Source: Chlamydia trachomatis | GTDB taxonomy: Bacteria; Chlamydiota; Chlamydiia; Chlamydiales; 2-12-FULL-49-11 | Assembly (NCBI GenBank): GCA_945872565.1 | Contig: CAMBZN010000009.1 | Location: 2,420 to 66,419 of the forward strand | Length of the DNA stretch: 64,000 nt | Direction of reading: 5' to 3' | Program-made: the position numbers and the translations under genes | Part shown: one piece after another, positions 9,608 through 18,784 of the stretch | Layout of the letters: each line of letters opens with the position of its first letter | Position numbering within the stretch: the first letter of the stretch is position 1 | The notes under the pieces: model-generated | Database searches by the model: none | Told to the model about the DNA's origin: nothing | What the model saw: the letters and a program-made list of their open reading frames with translations, nothing else

Positions 9608-10639
9608 CTAAAAGTTCAATCGTATTTTTACTGTTAAGCCTTGCATGGCATAGGTTCCGTATGCAATGGAAGGGTCAAGATTTGCCCCATACCCTTGAAT
9701 AAAGGTGGAGTGATCAAGCCATGCTTGTAATTCCCAGCCCATTTGAAGGCGTAAAGCCCAGTCTTGACCTGCGCTATCCCAACGAAGACCAACTGATGTT
9801 TCAAACATAGGTTCTACGGCAGGAATTTTTGTTCCTGTGTTTGTGGAAATAACAGCATCTCTTTTACTAGCATCTGTGACAAGCTTATCTGTGTAATGAA
9901 CAGCTAAATTTAAAGATCCGCCTCCAGTGAAAAAAATTGCCCATTCGTCTACGAAATAGAAGGAAGAGTCAACTCCTAGATAGGCACCTATTGCCCACCA
10001 GTTCATAGTTTGTGTCATTACTGGTATTAAAGAGTCTGTTGGAGGATTAGGATTATCTCTGGGGATTGTTTTTACATAAAAGTACTGATCGTCAAAGGCC
10101 CCAACAAGTCCTATCCATGGGCCTACTGCAAGGTAATTCCCAAGATAGTAAGTTCTGTCAAGAGTAAGGTCTACCCTTTGAAAAGTGTTATTGAATTTTG
10201 ATGAGATGCTTTCAACTGTCGATGGATCAGGGATTTCTACCCAGGGACTATAATACTCTATGTTAGGAACTTGTAATGATGAGGTTCTTACACCAGGGTG
10301 GTTGTAGAACCAGGTGTACTCCCCTTGGAGTTTCCAGCCATCGTGGAAGGTATTTACCCCTAATCCAGCTTTGAATCCGCTTTGTGCAGGAAAGGCTGTT
10401 TTGATCCAATTGGCATTTTGACCTGTTGTAGAATTTGTTGTGAGGAGAAACATTCCGTTTTGGTATGGGGCCCAAAAAGTGTATGAGGCATCTAAAATAT
10501 AGAGCATTCCCTCATCTTCACTTGGATACTGAGGGGGAGGGACTGCATAGTATTCCTTCTGATCTGAGCAAAAGCCGAAAGTAGAGAGGGTTATTGTAAA
10601 AAATGTAAGTAATGAGAGTTGATTTTTCTTCAGTTGCAT
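9608..10639 (-). CDS. MOMP-like / Lpg1974-family porin
   Basis: ASYTFWAPYQ, SGFKAGLG, HDGW, FQRVD, GLRWD, WELQAW, YAMQGLTVKIRLNF. Confidence 0.88.
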   Translation of the reverse strand: MQLKKNQLSLLTFFTITLSTFGFCSDQKEYYAVPPPQYPSEDEGMLYILDASYTFWAPYQNGMFLLTTNSTTGQNANWIKTAFPAQSGFKAGLGVNTFHDGWKLQGEYTWFYNHPGVRTSSLQVPNIEYYSPWVEIPDPSTVESISSKFNNTFQRVDLTLDRTYYLGNYLAVGPWIGLVGAFDDQYFYVKTIPRDNPNPPTDSLIPVMTQTMNWWAIGAYLGVDSSFYFVDEWAIFFTGGGSLNLAVHYTDKLVTDASKRDAVISTNTGTKIPAVEPMFETSVGLRWDSAGQDWALRLQMGWELQAWLDHSTFIQGYGANLDPSIAYGTYAMQGLTVKIRLNF

Positions 10640-10742
10640 GAGAAAAAACCCCTTGTGGTTATAGTTGCCTTAACCCTTCCTTTATATGAGAGTTGTTTTT
10701 AATGCAAGAGGTGTATTGAACTTTCTCTGAGAGTATGATGGC

Positions 10743-10781
10743 AAAAAAAAGAGCCAAAGATTTCTCTTTAGCTCTTTTTTT
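10743..10781. terminator. intrinsic terminator downstream of porin 10808-11812
   Basis: A8-GAGCCAAAGA-TTTC-TCTTTAGCTC-T7. Confidence 0.85.
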
Positions 10782-10807
10782 ATCAATTTTAAGTGATTAG
10801 CTTAAAG

Positions 10808-11812
10808 TTAGAAACTTACTCTTGCACCAGCTGTTACACCTTGCATTGAGTAGTTACCCATAAGTCCCATTGGGCTATCAAAGGATTGAAATCCGTTATG
10901 AGAGAAATATGTTTGTAGTTCCCATGACAAATCGATGCATAGTGCCCAATCTGTCCAATAAGAATCCCAACGAAGACCAAGGCTTGTTTCCATCATTGGC
11001 TCAACATTGTAGAAAGTATCTGCTAAGTTGTATGAATATACACCAGTACTATTGCTTTTTTCAAGTTGTGTTAAGGTATGAGTTGCAAGCATCATAGAAG
11101 CTCCTGATGAGATGTACATTGCCCACTCGTTTGTAAAGAAGAAAGATGCCTCACAACCTGCATAAGGCCCAATTGCCCACCAGTTTTGCTGCCAATTGTT
11201 CATTGGTAAAGGAGCTGAAACAGTTTCAAACAAGTTAAGATTTTGTGTTTCCCAAGCACCTAAAAGACCTAACCATGGACGGAAAGTCAAATAGTGTCCT
11301 GCATAAAAAGATCTGTCAAGCTGACCATCAATTCTATTAAATTGACCTGTCCACTGAGATGATGGCCTTCTGTAATTGACACCTGAGTCGTTAAATGTTG
11401 GTAGATATGTTGTTCCTTCGATTAAACTATTTGCAAGAATTGTTGGATTATTATAGAACCATGCATAGTTTAAGCCAACCATCCAACCATCGTGCATTGT
11501 GTTTGCGCCGATTCCAACTTTAAAACCACTGCATCCATCAATGCTTGGTGTTAGGTAATTGCCAGCAACATCTGCTGTGCCGCTATTTCCTGATGATGCA
11601 TAATTCAGTCCTTCTTGGTATGGAACCCAGAATGTGTATGCAGCTTGGATGTAAAATGCAAGAGCATCGTCTCCACCTGGATTTTTAGCAGGTGCAACAG
11701 AGTATTGTGCTTTTGGCGTGCTGCTCATATCTTCACTTGCAAAAACTGACGTTGCAGTAAAGCAACTAGCTAATGCAAATAAAGGCAAAAATTTTTGTAA
11801 TTTAGTTTTCAT
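10808..11812 (-). CDS. MOMP-like / Lpg1974-family porin
   Basis: Signal peptide ending SVFA, YTFWVPYQ, SGFKVGIG, HDGWMVGLNYAWF, FNRID, YSMQGVTAGARVSF. Confidence 0.9.
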   Translation of the reverse strand: MKTKLQKFLPLFALASCFTATSVFASEDMSSTPKAQYSVAPAKNPGGDDALAFYIQAAYTFWVPYQEGLNYASSGNSGTADVAGNYLTPSIDGCSGFKVGIGANTMHDGWMVGLNYAWFYNNPTILANSLIEGTTYLPTFNDSGVNYRRPSSQWTGQFNRIDGQLDRSFYAGHYLTFRPWLGLLGAWETQNLNLFETVSAPLPMNNWQQNWWAIGPYAGCEASFFFTNEWAMYISSGASMMLATHTLTQLEKSNSTGVYSYNLADTFYNVEPMMETSLGLRWDSYWTDWALCIDLSWELQTYFSHNGFQSFDSPMGLMGNYSMQGVTAGARVSF

Positions 11813-11846
11813 TCCCTTTATTCTCCCTTTCGATTAGTTTTTTTTG

Positions 11847-12060
11847 TTTAGATGAAATAGTAAATTCATCATTTAAAACATTACAACAAGAATATCTTTC
11901 TATTTAAAAACTGTCAATCTTTTTTACCTAAAAATCCTTATCTTAATTCAGAATATCTTTTGCAGTAGTTTGATCTTCAATACGGATAAGGGATGGAGAG
12001 CGACGAATGAAAATAGAGGCTATGAGAAATGGGATCTAAAACAGATCTATTTCATCTAAA
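11847..12060. repeat. 14-bp perfect inverted repeat pair flanking a 186-bp promoter-containing segment
   Basis: TTTAGATGAAATAG at 11847-11860 and CTATTTCATCTAAA at 12047-12060. Confidence 0.8.
11889..11917 (-). promoter_or_regulatory. sigma66/sigma70-type promoter for porin 10808-11812
   Basis: TTGACA (11917-11912)-N17-TATTCT (11894-11889), with an A-rich upstream tract. Confidence 0.75.
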
Positions 12061-12062
12061 AA

Positions 12063-12095
12063 AATAAAGGCAAGAATGGAATTCTTGCCTTTATT
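12063..12095. terminator. intrinsic terminator downstream of porin 12136-13131
   Basis: AATAAAGGCAAGAAT-GGA-ATTCTTGCCTTTATT perfect 15-bp stem. Confidence 0.85.
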
Positions 12096-12135
12096 AACCT
12101 GAAATCTTGAGCTTTTCGCTCATCATTTTTTCTGA

Positions 12136-13131
12136 TTAGAAACTTACCTTTGCACCAAGTGTTAGTCCTTGCATTGAGTAGCTGCCTGCTGCAACTTCGT
12201 TGATGTTTGCATGGCTAAAGTAGGTTTGAGTTTCCCAAGCAAGGTCTATGCATAGACCCCAATTTGGCCAAGTCCCATTCCAACGAACACCTAATGAAGC
12301 CTCTAGCATTGGCTCCATGTTATTATATTCTACAAACATGTTTGACAAAACAGATGTTGTTACATGGTTTGCGTCAACTACTGCAGCACTAGATGTTACT
12401 TTGTGATTAGAAAGAAGCATTGCTAAACCTGAAGAGATGTATCCAGAAAAGTCATCAGTAAAGAAGAATGATCCCTCTCCACCAGCGTAAGGTCCAATTC
12501 CCCACCAGTTTTGATGTTCACTAATTGCTTCAATGTCATCTAATGTAGTAGTTTGGTGAACATGAATGTATTGTTGATCCCAAGCAGCTAAAAGACCAAG
12601 CCATGGGCGGAACGCAAAGTAATGTCCTGCATAGAATTGTCTGTCTAACTGTGCATCAATTCGATTGAATTGATTTTGAAATTGAGTTTCAAAGGCAACA
12701 TATAATTCATCAGGAGCTGAAGGGAAGAAGCTAGTATAGTCAGTTCCTGTTACAGATGCTGTTTTAAGAGACGGTTGATTATTAAACCACGCATAATTTA
12801 AGCCAACCATCCAACCATCATGAGTTGTGTTAGCTCCAAGGCATACTTTAAAACCACTTTGTGCAGTAAAAGCTGGAACAATTACGCCGCCGACAATAGT
12901 ATCAGTTCCAACAGTTGACGCAACAGCTGTATTTTCTTGGTAGGGTGCCCAGTATGTATAAGAAGCACCGATGTAAAAATTCATCGAATCTTCGCTACTT
13001 GGATTTTTTGCAGGAGGTACTGCGTAGGGTGTGTTTGTTTTTGCATTACTAACTTCTCCAAAAAGTGAAGCAGTTGCAAAGCAACTCATCACTGAAAAGA
13101 CAGTTAGCGTTTTCTTGATGTTAAGAACCAT
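12136..13131 (-). CDS. MOMP-like / Lpg1974-family porin
   Basis: ASYTYWAPYQ, SGFKVCLG, HDGWMVGLNYAWF, FNRIDAQLDR, SYSMQGLTLGAKVSF; AGGAG RBS. Confidence 0.9.
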   Translation of the reverse strand: MVLNIKKTLTVFSVMSCFATASLFGEVSNAKTNTPYAVPPAKNPSSEDSMNFYIGASYTYWAPYQENTAVASTVGTDTIVGGVIVPAFTAQSGFKVCLGANTTHDGWMVGLNYAWFNNQPSLKTASVTGTDYTSFFPSAPDELYVAFETQFQNQFNRIDAQLDRQFYAGHYFAFRPWLGLLAAWDQQYIHVHQTTTLDDIEAISEHQNWWGIGPYAGGEGSFFFTDDFSGYISSGLAMLLSNHKVTSSAAVVDANHVTTSVLSNMFVEYNNMEPMLEASLGVRWNGTWPNWGLCIDLAWETQTYFSHANINEVAAGSYSMQGLTLGAKVSF

Positions 13132-13199
13132 TTTTTTTTCTCCTTTGAAATCTGGGGATTTGTAAATTTAAAGCCCAGAAAGTTAGTAATAGTAATTTC

Positions 13200-13228
13200 A
13201 TCATATATTTTAAAAATATATAGTTCAA
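13200..13228 (-). promoter_or_regulatory. promoter for porin 12136-13131
   Basis: TTGAAC-N17-TATGAT on the minus strand. Confidence 0.55.
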
Positions 13229-13260
13229 TCTTTTTTTGTTAAACACTAAAAAAAGATTCT

Positions 13261-14094
13261 TTACCTGCTCATTAGATGCAGTAATTTATCAATTCCATGA
13301 ATCCAAGAGATGGAGTAATCGCCAAGTTTATAAGTCAGAACAAGCCATCCAGCCCACATAAGAGTAAGTCCCAGCAATGACTTTAACGGCATCCCTAAGA
13401 AAGAAATTTGCACATTAGGGGCAAGGCGATTAGCAATGCCTAAAAAAGATTCTGCCATTAAGATTGCAAGCAAAGCGGGGGCTGAAATTTGAAGTGAAAC
13501 GGTGAAAATTTGGTTCATTAGGTCAGTTAGTTGGTGCCAAAAGGTGTGATTTTTATCATAGAAACCAGCTGGTAAAAATCCATCTACTGGAAGAAATTCA
13601 AAAGAGTCACCTACTGCAGAGAAAAATAAAAGGGGTCCACCTAAAGAAAAAAACAAGACAATAAGGTAATAGTTCATCATGATTCCGATAGAAGAAACTT
13701 GCGTTTGCGTAGTTGCATCTTGCCCCATCATACTAGATGCTCCTCGAGCATAATCGATAAAAATACCGGAGCTTTGGGCAATAAAAAAAGGGACAGAAGA
13801 GAGATATCCTAATAGAAATCCAATCATAATTTCTTTAAGTGAAAGCCAGAGCATCCAAGATTTCATTTGATCAAAATTAAGGGTGCTATGAAGAAGGATA
13901 GTGGGAAGAAAGACTATTGTAAGAGACAATGCAAGGGCAACTCTTGCCATCGCAGGGATGAGTTTTGCCCCAAGAAAAGGGGAGATTGCGCAAATGGGGG
14001 CAAATCGCATGAATCCCAGCAGGATAAGAATCCATAGTTGGTTGTAATCAAGATCTTTGATACTTGCAATTAGATCGATAAAACTTTCATCCAT
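13261..14094 (-). CDS. sctT: type III secretion export apparatus protein SctT
   Basis: RFAP, PFLG, KEIMIG, SSGIFIDYARG, GIANRLAPNVQ, LKS; start moved to the ATG after sctS. Confidence 0.93.
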   Translation of the reverse strand: MDESFIDLIASIKDLDYNQLWILILLGFMRFAPICAISPFLGAKLIPAMARVALALSLTIVFLPTILLHSTLNFDQMKSWMLWLSLKEIMIGFLLGYLSSVPFFIAQSSGIFIDYARGASSMMGQDATTQTQVSSIGIMMNYYLIVLFFSLGGPLLFFSAVGDSFEFLPVDGFLPAGFYDKNHTFWHQLTDLMNQIFTVSLQISAPALLAILMAESFLGIANRLAPNVQISFLGMPLKSLLGLTLMWAGWLVLTYKLGDYSISWIHGIDKLLHLMSR

Positions 14095-14101
14095 AACATT
14101 G

Positions 14102-14371
14102 CTACACGCCCCATTTGTAGAAATGCAAAAAGATAGAGTTTGCAAATTGAACAATTTGTCCTGCTAAAAACCCACCCATGATGAAAAGGGTCATTATCAC
14201 AGCAACTAATTTGATGGTAAATGAAAGGGTCTGCTCTTGAATTTGCGTTGCTGCCTGAAAAATTGCAACGCTTAATCCAAAAATCATACTAATTAGAATA
14301 GGAGGTCCTGATAATATTAGAATTAATAACAAGGCGCGATAGGTTAATTGGACAATCTCTGCTTGAAACAT
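14102..14371 (-). CDS. sctS: type III secretion export apparatus protein SctS
   Basis: GLSVAIFQAATQIQEQTLSFTIKL. Confidence 0.96.
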   Translation of the reverse strand: MFQAEIVQLTYRALLLILILSGPPILISMIFGLSVAIFQAATQIQEQTLSFTIKLVAVIMTLFIMGGFLAGQIVQFANSIFLHFYKWGV

Positions 14372-14376
14372 ATTTG

Positions 14377-15165
14377 TTACCTATACGATAGAACTACCCC
14401 TTCTACAAGTAGTGTCCATCCATCGATCATCACTAATAGTAAAAGTTTTAATGGAAGGGCAATGGTTAATGGAGATAGCATCATCATCCCCATTGCAAGT
14501 AAGATGTTTGATGTTACAAGATCTATTACAAAAAATGGTAAATAGATTAATACTCCAATTTCAAAAGCCCCTTTCACTTGAGAGGTGATATAGGAGGGGA
14601 TTAACACAATAAAATCTTTAGGCTTTAATAATTTTTGATAAGAGGGAGGAAATTTTTTCTTGGCAAGCTTATAAAAGTATTCCCGATGCTTGGCCGAGCA
14701 ATTTTTTGATAGAAATGTTCTTAAGGGCTCTTTTGTCACCTCAACAACCCCAATCATATACTGGGCAGTTTCTGCGGTAAATACTTCACCCCCTTTGGGG
14801 GCTTTGTCTCGAATATAATTTTCACCCGCCTCGTACATAGCAAGGCCAGTAGGAAACATCACATAAACGGCCATTAATATTGCTATTCCGTTAATCACTT
14901 GGTTTGGAGGGGAGTTTTGCACACCAAGTGCCTGTCTAAGCAAAGATAAAACAATGACCATCTTTAAAAAAGAGGTCAGTAGCATCACCGCATAAGGCAT
15001 AAGGGTCATTGCAGCAATTACTGCTACTTGAGAAACAACAGGAGGCTGTTTAACACCAGAGGTTTGCGGCCCAAAGCTTCCCTCATCGGCAAATATGGTA
15101 AAAGGAATGCATATGCAAAGTATAACTAAAAAAGTTAAAAGATGTTTCAGTTTAAAACGAGCCAT
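14377..15165 (-). CDS. sctR: type III secretion export apparatus protein SctR
   Basis: TSFLK, LLRQALGVQNSPPNQV, AFEIG, YLPFFVIDL, LLAMGMMMLSP, DGW. Confidence 0.97.
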   Translation of the reverse strand: MARFKLKHLLTFLVILCICIPFTIFADEGSFGPQTSGVKQPPVVSQVAVIAAMTLMPYAVMLLTSFLKMVIVLSLLRQALGVQNSPPNQVINGIAILMAVYVMFPTGLAMYEAGENYIRDKAPKGGEVFTAETAQYMIGVVEVTKEPLRTFLSKNCSAKHREYFYKLAKKKFPPSYQKLLKPKDFIVLIPSYITSQVKGAFEIGVLIYLPFFVIDLVTSNILLAMGMMMLSPLTIALPLKLLLLVMIDGWTLLVEGVVLSYR

Positions 15166-15223
15166 AACATTCCTGTATACACTATTTACGTATTAAGAGC
15201 TAGCCGCATTTTTAGAAATAATC

Positions 15224-15847
15224 TTAATTGCTTAATGATTGAGTTTTTTTCAAGGCATTTTCTAAAGCCTTATATTGGTTCTCAAGATTGGCATTGAGAA
15301 TCCCTTTTTCTGTTTGAATAATACAGCTTCCTCTTTCCACATCATTTCGTATTTCAACGATAAACATTTCGATATGCTCGAAAAGTTTCTTGAAGTTTTC
15401 TTTATTTTCTTCAAGAATTTGAAAATCTGCCTTGTTGACAAACAATTTTACTTCATTGCTAGTAGTTACTGATTTGATAGCTTTTGTAACAATATCAACA
15501 ACTATTTCAGGATGCTGATCTAGTCCCTCTCCCACAATTTGTCGAGTGGTTTTTAGTACAAGGGGGAGAATTGTTTTTTGCAGCTCGTGTCGAAGTACTT
15601 TGATCCTATCGTCAAAGTAAAGAATATGAGTGTTATAAGGTTCTAACCCTTCTTCAAACCCCTTTTTACAAGCCTCTTCATGAATGAGTTTTGCTTGTTG
15701 ATGGGCTCTTTCAATGATAGCTTCGGCTTCTTGTTGCGCCTTTTCGATCATCGTCTTTGCTTCAATCACACAGGCAAATTCTTCTTTGGGAATTTTGTTT
15801 TTACTAGCATGGATTTTGATGTTTTCTTTTATTGTGAATAGGTACAT
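15224..15847 (-). CDS. sctL: type III secretion stator SctL
   Basis: Helical N-terminus with GFEEG, GSCIIQTEKGILNA; cluster position. Confidence 0.9.
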   Translation of the reverse strand: MYLFTIKENIKIHASKNKIPKEEFACVIEAKTMIEKAQQEAEAIIERAHQQAKLIHEEACKKGFEEGLEPYNTHILYFDDRIKVLRHELQKTILPLVLKTTRQIVGEGLDQHPEIVVDIVTKAIKSVTTSNEVKLFVNKADFQILEENKENFKKLFEHIEMFIVEIRNDVERGSCIIQTEKGILNANLENQYKALENALKKTQSLSN

Positions 15848-16680
15848 AAAAATCTCCAAGTTTCAAGAATGTCAGATTCCCAGTTATTATAATCAATTGC
15901 AAGTCTTTGTTTATTTTTGAGCCAATGATTTACCTCTTTGCCTATTTTTTTCGGAAGGAAATAGGTAATAAAAAAGTGATATTGAATAGGGGCATTATGA
16001 ATCCCCCTAGCAAATCGAACAATGCCTCTTTCGAGTATGAAATCCTTCAACTGATTTACGTTTCCATTGTATTGCTCTAAATGAATGGGTGGTAAAGCTT
16101 TTATCTCCTCCCTTCTTGCTGTAGCATTTAGAAAAAAAATTTCTTGTGCATCAAAAGCATTTTGCAAAGTTTTTAAGGTCTTTTGCGAAATGATCTTTTT
16201 TACCTCTGCTGCAACATCAAATAAACCAAGGAAATAGACAAGCTTTGAGAGGGCAACCCCTGTATCGCCTAAGATTTCTATAAGGGGATGGAAGGGTAGA
16301 TATGCAGGAGGGGGGAAATCCGTTAGAGCCTTTTCAAAGAGCATTGTTAGAGCTACGTTCGACAACCCTTCTGATTTAAAACCCCCAAATTGAGTAGGGG
16401 TGTCGGACAATTGTACCTGCTTATATTTTGGAAAGGCAGAGATAAATAGCTGCCGATCGCAAGAGCTTAGTGTTTGTAAAAATTCCTTAAAATGAGAAAC
16501 ATCGACTCTTCGGGTGAGTTTTTCAATGGTCAAATTAACAGGGATGATTTGCTGTGGAAAGCCTGGGTCAGTAAGAGCTTGTTTTAGGGTGTCTGGCAGA
16601 TAAGAGACAAGTTGATCCTTCTTACTCGGTGGGAGTGAAGAATATTTTGAGCTAAGAGCAAGAGCATTTTGTTGAACCAT
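15829..16680 (-). CDS. T3SS-associated protein between sctJ and sctL (CT560/SctK-like)
   Basis: Conserved chlamydial position; LVYFLGLFDVAAEVKKII motif. Confidence 0.7.
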   Translation of the reverse strand: MVQQNALALSSKYSSLPPSKKDQLVSYLPDTLKQALTDPGFPQQIIPVNLTIEKLTRRVDVSHFKEFLQTLSSCDRQLFISAFPKYKQVQLSDTPTQFGGFKSEGLSNVALTMLFEKALTDFPPPAYLPFHPLIEILGDTGVALSKLVYFLGLFDVAAEVKKIISQKTLKTLQNAFDAQEIFFLNATARREEIKALPPIHLEQYNGNVNQLKDFILERGIVRFARGIHNAPIQYHFFITYFLPKKIGKEVNHWLKNKQRLAIDYNNWESDILETWRFLCTYSQ

Positions 16681-16682
16681 TA

Positions 16683-17615
16683 TTACTCTTTAGCACTAGC
16701 TCCTGTAGGAGGATTTTCAACGCCTGGCTTTTCTTCTAGGGTAACCGAGTAGGGAGCAATTTTCAGCATTTCCATAAACCCACCTCCATTTTTTACAATC
16801 GGGTAGACTTTCCAAATAACCCATCCAAGGGCTGCTGCAAGAATTAGTAAAATAGCCATGAGAAAGAAAAAAAACAATCGGAACTTTCCTGTTGAGTTTT
16901 TGTTCATGGTAATTGACCAAATTTTCACTTGTTCATCTAAATGAGCGCTAGTTGTTGATCGTAAAGAATCAGTGGGAGATACATCGGTAAAGCGGGATTT
17001 GTCAGAAACAACAGTAACATCATCAAGAGAGAGATTTTGCACGCTTCCAGAAACAAGGCTTTTGATTTTTAATATCAAGTGATTGTTAGGCTCATCCATC
17101 ACCCCCTGATGCTTTACAAAAACTGCAGCAGTTGGTCTTTGAACAAGTCCTGACTCTGTTGCTTCCTCAGAAATTTCTGGAAATGAAAGTTGTACGTTTG
17201 CCTCTATCACGCCATCAATCATTAAAATCACATTTGCGATTTGTTGTGAAAGCCCTGCTTGATACCGAATGGTCTCTTCTTTGTCTGTGGACATAAAGCT
17301 ACTTTTGGCAAACAGGTCTAATAAAGTGGTCCCTTGCTTTTGGGGGAGCCCATTTTGATTTAAAAGGGCCATGGCCTGAACACTTTTTCCAGAACCTACT
17401 TCGATGTTAAATTTTAATCCGCCAGTATCAACACCTGCACCGGTTGATGACACAGGTTTTTTCGCAGCAGCAATCCCTTTGCTTGCTAAAAAAACAATGA
17501 TAACATTTGCATCCTTTTCACTTAAACTATTTAAAATGATGTCTTTTCCTGCGCTACAGGCCGCAAATAATAAGATTAGCGAGCAAAAAAGAACGGATCG
17601 AAGATTTGTATGCAT
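16683..17615 (-). CDS. sctJ: type III secretion inner-membrane ring lipoprotein SctJ
   Basis: Lipobox FAAC, EKDANVI, NGLP, IRYQAGL, IDGVIEA, PTAAVFVKH, C-terminal TM. Confidence 0.95.
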   Translation of the reverse strand: MHTNLRSVLFCSLILLFAACSAGKDIILNSLSEKDANVIIVFLASKGIAAAKKPVSSTGAGVDTGGLKFNIEVGSGKSVQAMALLNQNGLPQKQGTTLLDLFAKSSFMSTDKEETIRYQAGLSQQIANVILMIDGVIEANVQLSFPEISEEATESGLVQRPTAAVFVKHQGVMDEPNNHLILKIKSLVSGSVQNLSLDDVTVVSDKSRFTDVSPTDSLRSTTSAHLDEQVKIWSITMNKNSTGKFRLFFFFLMAILLILAAALGWVIWKVYPIVKNGGGFMEMLKIAPYSVTLEEKPGVENPPTGASAKE

Positions 17616-17914
17616 AGGTTGTTGACTCCAAAAAACTGCGGCTAAATGGTAGCAGACTCTGAATAAAAAAGCACCATTAATTTTCTAATAGCAGAGAGAT
17701 AAAATAATAGCAATGATTCCTATCGATAGAATCATAAAATTCTTTAAGGGGCGATCTTTCATCCTTTTTTGCAAGCACACCAACGCTCTTAAGAATGCCC
17801 GCCACTTCAAATAGTAGGACTCTTCTACTCCAAAGTTATGATGCTTTGTGGTTATTAGAGAATTTTGCGCTTGCGCACAATAAACAAGTAGTCATGATGG
17901 AAATAAGAGGGGCT

Positions 17915-18679
17915 ATGAGAAAACCATTAGTTACATTCTTATCAAGGCTTTATGATTTTTGGAGCCCTCATATTGACCGATCGGAGTACTTATTTTACCA
18001 CCGACTAATCCTTTCAGCTGCAGGTAAAGGGGGAAGAGCTTTAGAGCTTTTTTGTGGTAGTGGACGTCTTTTACTCCCCTTTGTCAAGGAGGGTTTAAAA
18101 GTTTCTGGGATCGAAAGTTCTAAAGAATTAGTCACTATGTTAGTGCAAAAAGCAGCCGAGGAAAAATTAACGGTTGATGTCACTCAGATGGCGCTTGAAG
18201 AAATTGAGATTAAGGGGACGTATAACCTTATTTATGCAAGTCTAGGATCTTTTCAAATGATCACAGACTATGAGAGTGCAACAAGGCTGATTGAAAAACT
18301 ATACGCCTGTTTAGAAGATCAGGGCGTTTTGTCAGTTGCGCTTTTTCTTCCTTGGACAGGTTCAAACTTTGCTACAGAAAATTGGGTGATTGCATCGGAT
18401 CTAAAGGATGCAAGAACTAAAAATCGCTATGTCCGAAGAGAAAAAAGCAGTCATGACGAGGTTAATCAGCTAATTACCGGCAAGGTTCGATATGAAACAT
18501 GGCTGGGCAAAGATCTATTAGAAATGAGCGAGAAGGATCTTGCGGTAAGGTGGTATAGCCAGTTTGAATTTCGCTCACTTTTAGCTCAGGCAGGGTTTAA
18601 AAATATCGAGCTTGTTAGATCTTATGAAGAAGGTGGTGCTTATAAAGAGTCATTTATGCTTTTTTTAGCAAGGAAGTGA
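17915..18679 (+). CDS. class I SAM-dependent methyltransferase
   Basis: ALELFCGSGRLL motif I; start set at the ATG after GAGGGG (track start 17795). Confidence 0.85.
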   Translation: MRKPLVTFLSRLYDFWSPHIDRSEYLFYHRLILSAAGKGGRALELFCGSGRLLLPFVKEGLKVSGIESSKELVTMLVQKAAEEKLTVDVTQMALEEIEIKGTYNLIYASLGSFQMITDYESATRLIEKLYACLEDQGVLSVALFLPWTGSNFATENWVIASDLKDARTKNRYVRREKSSHDEVNQLITGKVRYETWLGKDLLEMSEKDLAVRWYSQFEFRSLLAQAGFKNIELVRSYEEGGAYKESFMLFLARK

Positions 18680-18722
18680 ATTCTAATAAACAAGTCCCTT
18701 AAGGGACCAGTGGATAAAAGTA

Positions 18723-18751
18723 TTGACCGTACAATAGAAAAAATGTATGCT
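18723..18751 (+). promoter_or_regulatory. promoter for the parA operon
   Basis: TTGACC-N17-TATGCT. Confidence 0.6.
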
Positions 18752-18784
18752 ACATTTTCTTGATTTCTACTCTTGGAGAATCCT

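Noticed and set aside
10704-10715. GCAAGAGGTGTA resembling the right end of the palindromic element
   Set aside because: It has one mismatch and no partner arm, and it overlaps a plausible -35 box.
13131-13139. A-run between the RBS and start codon of a porin as a slippage switch
   Set aside because: A8-A9 runs are frequent throughout this window.
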